Assembly: GCF_000012925.1 (NCBI RefSeq)
Contig: NC_007517.1
Location: 3,720,001 to 3,752,000 of the forward strand
Length of the DNA stretch: 32,000 nucleotides
Direction of reading: 5' to 3'
DNA from: Geobacter metallireducens GS-15
GTDB taxonomy: Bacteria > Desulfobacterota > Desulfuromonadia > Geobacterales > Geobacteraceae
The notes below the pieces were generated by a model. That model searched no databases. It was not told where the DNA came from and saw only the letters and a program-made list of their open reading frames with translations. Below are positions 17,908 through 24,463 of this stretch, in pieces (the stretch's first letter is position 1; each line of letters starts with the position of its first letter). Position numbers and translations under genes: made by a program.

Positions 17908-18389
17908 CTTTCCGCAGAATCGTTGTGGTCTGCGTGGGCAACGACCTGGTGGCCGACGACGCCGCGGGGTTCGAGGTCTACCGGAAGCTGGCCGGCTCGT
18001 CCCTACCGCCGGGGGTCACGCTCCACTACGCGGCCGTGGGGGGGATTGACCTCCTTGACTACCTGACCGGCGATGAGTCGGCCATGATCGTCGTGGACGC
18101 GGTCCAGTTCGGCGCGCCAACGGGAACCATCCACAACCTCGGCTGGAATGAGCTCCCCGATTTCGGCGCCGGGGCCATATCGGCCCATTTCATCGGCCTG
18201 AAGGAAACCATCGACATCGGGAGATGCCTCTACCCGGAGCTGATCCCGTCAACGGTGTTGCTGGTGGGGATCGAGGGACGCCGCTTCGACCAGACCCGCG
18301 ACGCCATGTCGCCGGAGGTGGCCGCCGCCATCGAGCCCGCCACCGCCTCCATCCGGGAACATCTTCACACTCTCCGCCAAGGAACCTGA
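17868..18389 (+). CDS. Hydrogenase maturation endopeptidase
   Basis: 173 aa. RIVVVCVGNDLVADDAAGFEVYRKL resembles the HycI/HybD-family N-terminus. GGAGG lies 7 nt upstream. Confidence 0.85.
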   Translation: MRGPVPPESQDSVAFRRIVVVCVGNDLVADDAAGFEVYRKLAGSSLPPGVTLHYAAVGGIDLLDYLTGDESAMIVVDAVQFGAPTGTIHNLGWNELPDFGAGAISAHFIGLKETIDIGRCLYPELIPSTVLLVGIEGRRFDQTRDAMSPEVAAAIEPATASIREHLHTLRQGT

Positions 18390-18390
18390 C

Positions 18391-19995
18391 ATGAAGACAT
18401 CCACCGCCAAAGAGACAAAACCGACTCTGCACAGCGAGATACAGAGGCTCGCCGAAGCCATGATGAACGGCAGGCTCGACGAGCGGGGAAACCCCGCCCA
18501 GTTCACCGGTGACGACGCCGCCCTGGTCCTCACGGTCAACCGGATGCTGGACACCCTCGTGACCCCGCTGCGCCTGGCCGCCGGCGCCATCGACGAGATC
18601 GCCCACGGCAGGATCCCACCCTTCGTCATCGACGACTATGCCGGGGAATACAACACCCTCAAGCGCAACCTCAACACCCTCCTGGCAACGCTGTACGGCC
18701 TCGACAGCGAGACCCGGCACCTCATCGGCAACATCGGCGAGGGACGACTCCAGACCCGGGGCAACGACTGGGATTTCGAGGGGATCTGGCGGGACCTCAT
18801 CAGGGGGGTGAACGGCACCCTCGACGCGGTAATCGACCCGGTGAACGAAGCCGGGACCGTCCTGCAGCGCCTGGCCCAATACGATCTGAGCGCCCGGATG
18901 CGGGGGAAGTACCACGGTGAGCATGCCGCCATCAAGAAGGCCATGAACGCCACGGCGGAATCCCTCCACTCCGCCGTGACCCAGATGGCGGAGACGGTGG
19001 ACCTGGTCTCCGCCGTCGGCGAGCAGATTGCCGCCAGCAGCCAGACCGTCACCGCGGGTACCCGGGAGCAGGAGACGCAACTCACCGAGGCGGCCAGCGT
19101 CCTCAATCACATCGCCGACACCTCCCAGAAGAGCGCCAAAAACACCGCCGACGCCCGGCAGGTGGCCCAGCAGGCCGCCGAGTCCATCGGCACCGCCAAG
19201 ACCGTCATGGACCAGATGCTCCACGCCATGGGGGAGATCCGCGGCTCCGCCGACAACACCGTCGGCATCGTCCAGCAGATCGACGCCATCGCCAAGGAGA
19301 CCGACAAGCTCTCCTCCAACGCCACCAGCAAGGCGGCCCTGATCCGCTCCTCGGCCAGCGGCTTCAGCGTGGTCGCCTCCGAGGTGCGGAACCTGTCGAA
19401 GCGGTGCGAGGAGGCAGTCTCCCGGCTCCACGACTTCCGGCGCCGGGTCACTTTCACCCCCAATGCCGGCACCGACAGCACCACCGATCAGCTGGTGAGC
19501 GAGTATCTCGACCTCATCCACGACCTGAAGAGCGTCGCCTCCAACTCCGGGCTCCTGGGAGTGAACGCGGCCATTTCGGCGGCCCACGTGGAGGGGGCCG
19601 GCAACGACTTCCAGGTCCTCACCGAAGAGATCCGTGAACTGGCCAAGCGCTCCACCGACGCGGCCAAGCAGACCGACACCCTCATCAGGACATCGGTGGA
19701 GCAGGCCCGCAAGGGAGAGGACCTTTCCCAGGCAATCGACGGCCACCTCACCACGGCGGTGACCGGGGCATCCACCATCAGCTCCCTCACCGACGAGATC
19801 TCCCAGAGCAGCCAGGAACAGGCCAGCGCCATCGAGGAGATCAGCTGCTCCGTCACCCACATCAACGAGGTCACCCGGCAGAACGCCGCCTGCGCCCTCT
19901 CGTCGTCCGAAGTGGCCCAGGGGCTGGGGCAGCAGGTGACGAAGTTGTCGAAGATGGTGAGCAAGTTCCGGCTGGCGAGGGCGGCGGGGCAATAA
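18391..19995 (+). CDS. Soluble methyl-accepting chemotaxis protein, poly-HAMP N-terminus, duplicated degenerate signalling tip
   Basis: 534 aa with no hydrophobic segment long enough for a TM helix. About four HAMP-like units in residues 14-195. MCP signalling-domain helices are present (SSQEQASAIEEIS...VTRQNAA). Two tip-like motifs are described in the findings. Confidence 0.9.
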   Translation: MKTSTAKETKPTLHSEIQRLAEAMMNGRLDERGNPAQFTGDDAALVLTVNRMLDTLVTPLRLAAGAIDEIAHGRIPPFVIDDYAGEYNTLKRNLNTLLATLYGLDSETRHLIGNIGEGRLQTRGNDWDFEGIWRDLIRGVNGTLDAVIDPVNEAGTVLQRLAQYDLSARMRGKYHGEHAAIKKAMNATAESLHSAVTQMAETVDLVSAVGEQIAASSQTVTAGTREQETQLTEAASVLNHIADTSQKSAKNTADARQVAQQAAESIGTAKTVMDQMLHAMGEIRGSADNTVGIVQQIDAIAKETDKLSSNATSKAALIRSSASGFSVVASEVRNLSKRCEEAVSRLHDFRRRVTFTPNAGTDSTTDQLVSEYLDLIHDLKSVASNSGLLGVNAAISAAHVEGAGNDFQVLTEEIRELAKRSTDAAKQTDTLIRTSVEQARKGEDLSQAIDGHLTTAVTGASTISSLTDEISQSSQEQASAIEEISCSVTHINEVTRQNAACALSSSEVAQGLGQQVTKLSKMVSKFRLARAAGQ

Positions 19996-20014
19996 AAGCA
20001 GCCAATGCGGGACA

Positions 20015-20051
20015 AAAAAAGGGGGAGCCGGCAGTCAGCTCCCCCTTTTTC
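20015..20051. terminator. Bidirectional intrinsic terminator between the MCP and aminotransferase genes
   Basis: An A-run, stem GGGGGAGC (20022-20029) / GCTCCCCC (20039-20046) with a 9-nt loop, then a T-run. It is flanked by converging stop codons at 19995 and 20078. Confidence 0.7.
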
Positions 20052-20077
20052 ATCACCACTCCCTGAAGAACCCTGTG

Positions 20078-21382
20078 TCAGGACTTCAGATACTCCGCAA
20101 TCTTCTTCGCCAGGGTCTGGTAGATCCGAAGGCATTCGGCCTCGTCCTTCTCCAGGAGGGTCACCCGGAACCCCTGCAGCGGCGTATTGAAGGAGGAGAG
20201 CGGCACGATGCAGATGCCGGTGCTGGCCAGGAGGTAGTAGACGAACCGCTTGTCCGGGGAGACGCCGGGGGCGTTCACGAGCCCTTCCACCAGCTCCCGC
20301 ACCTCGGCGTTCTCGATGGGGAGGGACTGGCCGTTGGTGAGAAGGCCATCCCGGAAGGCCACGGACATGTAGAAGGCGCCGTTAGTCCGGTTCACCATGA
20401 GTTCGGGAACTTCCCTGAGGCAGTCGAAGGTGATGGTGCTCATCTTCTCATAGCGCCTGATCCGCTCCTGGAGGTAGGTCTGGTATTCCGGGTGTTTCAT
20501 GATAGCCGGGATGCACTTCTGCGGCAGGGTGGTGGAGCAGACCTCGTTCATCTTGGCGGAGAGGATGGAGTTGATGTACTTGCGGAACTGGTCATCCTTA
20601 GCGCCGTTGTAGACCTCGATCCAGCCGCAGCGGGAGCCGGGCCAGGGTATCTCCTTGGAGATCCCCTTCATGGCGATGGCCGGCACGTCGCCGATAACGT
20701 CGGAGATGGGGACGGTGGTCTGGCCGTTGTAGGTGATGTTGTTGTAGACCTCGTCGGCGATGATGAAGAGCTCGTATTTCCGGGCGATAGCGACGATCTT
20801 CTCCAGGGTCTCCCTGGAGAAGACCATGCCGGTGGGGTTGTCGGGGTTGATGAGGAGGATGCCGGAAATCTGGGGATTGTACCGGACATGGTTCTCCATG
20901 TCCTCCAGGTCGGGGAACCAGTTGTTGGCCGGGTCAAGCCGGTAGCAGACCGGCGAGGCCTGGGCGTGGGCCGCCTCGCCGATGGAGTGGGTGGTGTAGG
21001 TAGGGGACGGCATGAGGATGCGGCTTTCGTGGCGGAGGTTGCCGTAGACCGTGGAGATGGCGTCGCCGAGGCCGTTGAAGAAGATGATGTCGTCGGGGGT
21101 GATCCGGGCACCGCCGCGGTTGTTGGTGAGGCCGCAGATGAACTCCCGGGTCTCCAGGACCCCCCGGGTGTGGCAGTAGCCCCAGGTGTCATTCTCCATC
21201 ACCTCATTGGCCACGATCTCCTTCATCCAGCGGGGAATCTCCTCCCCCTTGACGATCGGGTCGCCAATGTTCTCCCAGTTGATCTTCACCCCGTGCTTCT
21301 GGAGCTTCTCCGCCACGTTGACGATGTTGCGGATCTCGTAGGTCAGTTCGCCCGCTCCGGGCGTCACCAGTTCGTTTCTCAC
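20078..21382 (-). CDS. PLP-dependent aminotransferase class I/II (alanine-transaminase-like)
   Basis: 434 aa from GTG 21382 (AGGGAG about 7 nt upstream); the ORF track extends to 21490. Fold-type I features: LLINPDNPTG, IADEVY, and PLP-lysine region GISKEIPWPGSRCGW. Confidence 0.88.
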   Translation of the reverse strand: MRNELVTPGAGELTYEIRNIVNVAEKLQKHGVKINWENIGDPIVKGEEIPRWMKEIVANEVMENDTWGYCHTRGVLETREFICGLTNNRGGARITPDDIIFFNGLGDAISTVYGNLRHESRILMPSPTYTTHSIGEAAHAQASPVCYRLDPANNWFPDLEDMENHVRYNPQISGILLINPDNPTGMVFSRETLEKIVAIARKYELFIIADEVYNNITYNGQTTVPISDVIGDVPAIAMKGISKEIPWPGSRCGWIEVYNGAKDDQFRKYINSILSAKMNEVCSTTLPQKCIPAIMKHPEYQTYLQERIRRYEKMSTITFDCLREVPELMVNRTNGAFYMSVAFRDGLLTNGQSLPIENAEVRELVEGLVNAPGVSPDKRFVYYLLASTGICIVPLSSFNTPLQGFRVTLLEKDEAECLRIYQTLAKKIAEYLKS

Positions 21383-21428
21383 GTCATCTCCCTCTTTTCT
21401 CTCTGTTGGTGATGGTCCTGAAAATGGT

Positions 21429-21457
21429 AAAGGCCGTGGGAGGTACCCACGGCCTTT
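21429..21457 (-). promoter_or_regulatory. Strong hairpin plus U-tract in the aminotransferase 5' leader (terminator/attenuator-like)
   Basis: Perfect 12-bp stem AAAGGCCGTGGG / CCCACGGCCTTT with a 5-nt loop. On the minus strand it is followed by ACCAUUUUC. It lies only about 45 nt upstream of the GTG start. Confidence 0.4.
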
Positions 21458-21634
21458 GATGATACACGAAGCGTTACGACGCCTCCTCACACGGCAGCGG
21501 GTTCCCCTGCGGCGACGGACGCCGCGGCGATGATAGCTCGTGCTGCGATGGCGATGGAAACGGTGTTTTTCTTCATAGGGGTCTCGAATAACACAGAAAG
21601 TCGCGGGGCGTCAACGATTTTTTGCCGCCCCCCG

Positions 21635-22225
21635 TCACTCCAGAGCGATGAGGAGCCGGCCATCCTCGTCCCGCCACCGCAGCCATCCCACGACAGCCAG
21701 ATCCAGAAGCACCTGGATCCGATCCCCGTCCACGGAGATGATCCTGAAGCTCCGCTCGGGGGTGAGAGGTTCCAGATCCGGCACCGTATCCCCCCCGCTT
21801 CCCCAGAGAAGGTACAAGGGTTTCTTGAGTCCCCGCAAGAGCCGCGCCTCCCTCCCCTTGAGCAGCTCATCCCATAAAACGAAGGGCCACGCCCGACGCG
21901 GCTTCAGCCATGCCGCGCGCCCGGCGTCATCATAAATGACCTTCAGCCACCCTCCCTTGCGGGCGGTGACCACAAGGGGAAACTCACCGGGCGGAATCTT
22001 GTGGGGAATTGCCAGATGGGGCAACGACGCAGCGCTCTTTTCGGCGATCCGGCCGATCCCCGGCTCCCCGTAGAGGATGAGCTGAGGGGGAGCCGGCTCG
22101 CCGGGGACGGCACCAACCAGAAGAACGCCTATCCCCGTGTCGGGGCGGGGAGGAGGCGCCGCACCGGATACCGCTACGAAGAGAGCAACACAGATGACCG
22201 GCACGATCGTACGGATGAAGGCCAT
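21635..22225 (-). CDS. Exported hypothetical protein (possible SH3b-like repeats)
   Basis: 196 aa from ATG 22225 (TGAccATG junction with the cupin gene). N-terminal signal peptide MAFIRTIVPVICVALFVAVSGA. GWLKVIYDDAGRAAWLK and VVGWLRWRDEDG resemble SH3b strands. No confident family call. Confidence 0.55.
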   Translation of the reverse strand: MAFIRTIVPVICVALFVAVSGAAPPPRPDTGIGVLLVGAVPGEPAPPQLILYGEPGIGRIAEKSAASLPHLAIPHKIPPGEFPLVVTARKGGWLKVIYDDAGRAAWLKPRRAWPFVLWDELLKGREARLLRGLKKPLYLLWGSGGDTVPDLEPLTPERSFRIISVDGDRIQVLLDLAVVGWLRWRDEDGRLLIALE

Positions 22226-22227
22226 GG

Positions 22228-22692
22228 TCAGCAAAAGAGTGCCACAAGTGACGCGTGGTAGGTACCGGCTCCCCCGTCCCCCTCGGCAGGAGCCCAGGAG
22301 GCCTTTTCCTCCCCGGCAAGGGGGAGGTACGGTCCGGCCTTGGCCTCGAAAAAAACCGTGCCGGGCTCAAGGCTCACGACGGTGTGAAACTCCCCGTGGG
22401 GGATGTCGACAGCCACCGCATCGCCGGGTTGGAGGAGACGAGTGCCGGTCACCGCCCCCGCCCCGTCGAAGGAGACGACGCCGAGCCGCCCCCGCAGGAT
22501 CACCATCGACTCGTCCTTGTTGGGGTCGAGATGCCGGTGAGGCTGGATGTAGGAGCCGGGCTCCATGGCGTTCAGGAGCCGGTGGCAGCAGAAATCGTCG
22601 CTGGGGTGGAGGTTGTGGTTCTTCCGGAGGCGGGCGCTGCCACGGGCCTCACCGGTAACCTGATCGAGAAGCTCCCGGGTGATGATCTTCAC
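22228..22692 (-). CDS. Cupin-fold metalloprotein (WbuC-like)
   Basis: 154 aa from GTG 22692. RKNHNLHPSDDFCCHRLLNAMEPGSYIQPHRH...ESMVILRG...IPHGEFH resembles the cupin His motif. The longer track ORF would overlap the upstream gene. Confidence 0.72.
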   Translation of the reverse strand: MKIITRELLDQVTGEARGSARLRKNHNLHPSDDFCCHRLLNAMEPGSYIQPHRHLDPNKDESMVILRGRLGVVSFDGAGAVTGTRLLQPGDAVAVDIPHGEFHTVVSLEPGTVFFEAKAGPYLPLAGEEKASWAPAEGDGGAGTYHASLVALFC

Positions 22693-22699
22693 GGGAGGC

Positions 22700-23050
22700 C
22701 TACCGGTCCGCGAGGGCAAAAAGGTTGCCGTCGGGATCGGCCACCACCGCCATCTTTCCCCAGGGGCTCTGCTCCAGGGGCTGATCAAATCGGACGCCCG
22801 TATCGGTCAGCTCGCGGCAGAAGTCGTCGATATCCTTCACCCGCAGGGTGATGCCGGTGTGGCGCCCCGCCAGGGCCGCGGCCTCGTCGGTGAGGGCCAT
22901 GGCCACCCCGAGGGTCGCGCCGCCGGAGAAAAACTCCATCATCGTCACCCCCTCCTGGGTCAGGGGGAGCTTCAACTGCTCCTTGTAGAACCGTTTCGCC
23001 GCCTCGAAATCGCGGACAAAGACCACCACGTTCTTCATCGCTTCAACCAT
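22700..23050 (-). CDS. VOC/glyoxalase-family protein
   Basis: 116 aa from ATG 23050 (AGAGAGG upstream). VVFVRDFEAAKRFYKEQLKL...WGKMAVVADPDGNLFAL is typical of the glyoxalase/bleomycin-resistance fold. Confidence 0.8.
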   Translation of the reverse strand: MVEAMKNVVVFVRDFEAAKRFYKEQLKLPLTQEGVTMMEFFSGGATLGVAMALTDEAAALAGRHTGITLRVKDIDDFCRELTDTGVRFDQPLEQSPWGKMAVVADPDGNLFALADR

Positions 23051-23209
23051 GGAAGACCTCTCTGAATGATGTTTCGCGTACCGTCCGAACATAGCAGAGA
23101 GGGGCGTTCGCGGCAAGGGGGAACCGCCGGGCCCCCAACGGGAAGGGGCGCCCGCACCTGCAACGGTCCGGACGCCCCTTCACCTCATGAAAACGTCAGC
23201 ATGAATAAC

Positions 23210-23278
23210 ACAGAGCAACTGAGAATTTATCAAAAACAGTCTGAAAGGTTTTTCCCAGATTTTGCTCAGTTGCTCTGT
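23210..23278. repeat. 14-bp perfect inverted repeat spanning the stop codon of the hydrogenase protease gene
   Basis: ACAGAGCAACTGAG (23210-23223) and CTCAGTTGCTCTGT (23265-23278) are separated by a 41-nt AT-rich spacer. The right arm encodes the last codons and the stop codon. Confidence 0.6.
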
Positions 23279-23784
23279 TGCTCAGTGTTTCGAGTGCATT
23301 TTTCAGGATCAAGCGGCTCGGGAACCACTCCCCACAGGGCAAGCTCCGCGAGGACCTTCTCCACAAGATGGTCCACCTGCGCCGCCACCGCCGGCGTGAG
23401 CTCCATCCCCAGTTCCACCGACTCCGGCTGCACCCCCCACAGGACCATCTCGACGGGACAGCTCCCCTGGAACTCGGCCACGGCCAAAAGATCCTGGAGC
23501 CCCATCTGGTGGGGAGAGAGCTTGGTCCGGAAGGCCACCGGAATCTCCTCCCCCGCCAGCCGCACCACCGTCCCCGGTGGTCCGCCGGTCTCCACGGCAT
23601 CCACCAGGAGGAGCCGCTCCACGCCGTCCAGGTAAGGGAGCAGGTCGAGGCCGAGGGTGCCGCCGTCCATGACCGTCACTCCTTCGGGGAAGCGGCACCC
23701 GTCCATGAGCCGCTGCGCCACCCGTACGCCGGCGCCGTCGTCGGTCATGATCAGGTTCCCGATGCCGAGCACGAGAATCGACAT
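23266..23784 (-). CDS. hyaD: Hydrogenase maturation protease (HyaD/HybD family)
   Basis: 172 aa. MSILVLGIGNLIMTDDGAGVRVAQRL. Last gene of the uptake hydrogenase operon. Confidence 0.9.
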   Translation of the reverse strand: MSILVLGIGNLIMTDDGAGVRVAQRLMDGCRFPEGVTVMDGGTLGLDLLPYLDGVERLLLVDAVETGGPPGTVVRLAGEEIPVAFRTKLSPHQMGLQDLLAVAEFQGSCPVEMVLWGVQPESVELGMELTPAVAAQVDHLVEKVLAELALWGVVPEPLDPEKCTRNTEQQSN

Positions 23785-23785
23785 T

Positions 23786-24454
23786 CTACTCCCCCCGCTT
23801 CACCGGCTTGTAGCCGCCGAAGATGCTCGACATGACCCCGCCCCGTTCCTTCACGTCCATGAGCCAAGCGCTGTAGATGTGATGGATGGCAAAGGCGATG
23901 AGAAGCCACATGCCCATGTGGTGGGTGAGCCGCATCCCCTGGTTGCTGAAGAGAGCGTAGAGCGGCGTGAGGAGAACATGCGCCAAACCGCCTGGCGCGT
24001 GCTCGGCATCGAGGGCGAAGCCGGTGCCGGCCATCACCAGATAGAGGACAAAGACGAGAAGGTACGTGGCTCCGGCCAGGGCGTTGTGGCCGGTGGGGTG
24101 GGGAACCTTCCGGGAGAGGAAGACGTAGTAGAGGAACATCCGCCCCATGTCGCGCCGCCCTTCGGGATAGATGAACGGGACAAACTCCCGCCACCCGGCG
24201 TAGCGGTTCCCCGCGAAGGCCCACCAGATGCGGCTCACGATACTCACGGCAAAGGCATACCCTGCCGTAAGATGCACCACCCGCACCCAACCCATGACAA
24301 AGTCGGCGGGAACGAGCCCCAGGGTCCTGGGGGAGCCGATGTAGAAGCCGGTGACCGAGAGGACGATGATGGCGATCACGTTGACCCAGTGGGTCAGCCG
24401 CACCGGGACCTCCCAGACGTACTTTTCGTAAAGACAGCTCCGGTTCCGTGCCAT
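23786..24454 (-). CDS. hyaC: Ni/Fe-hydrogenase b-type cytochrome subunit
   Basis: 222 aa. Four predicted TM helices with conserved His residues (RLTHWVN..., HLTAGYAF, THHMGMW, AIHHIY). Confidence 0.9.
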   Translation of the reverse strand: MARNRSCLYEKYVWEVPVRLTHWVNVIAIIVLSVTGFYIGSPRTLGLVPADFVMGWVRVVHLTAGYAFAVSIVSRIWWAFAGNRYAGWREFVPFIYPEGRRDMGRMFLYYVFLSRKVPHPTGHNALAGATYLLVFVLYLVMAGTGFALDAEHAPGGLAHVLLTPLYALFSNQGMRLTHHMGMWLLIAFAIHHIYSAWLMDVKERGGVMSSIFGGYKPVKRGE

Positions 24455-24463
24455 GGCGACCTC

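Noticed and set aside
18190-19992. 600-aa minus-strand ORF covering the MCP gene.
   Set aside because: It is antisense to a clear MCP with HAMP and signalling motifs. It shows G/D/V/L-biased repetitive composition, as expected opposite a coiled-coil gene.
20075-21412. 445-aa plus-strand ORF opposite the aminotransferase gene.
   Set aside because: It has no motifs and an extreme Gly/Asp/Val/His bias. The minus strand encodes a complete fold-type I aminotransferase.
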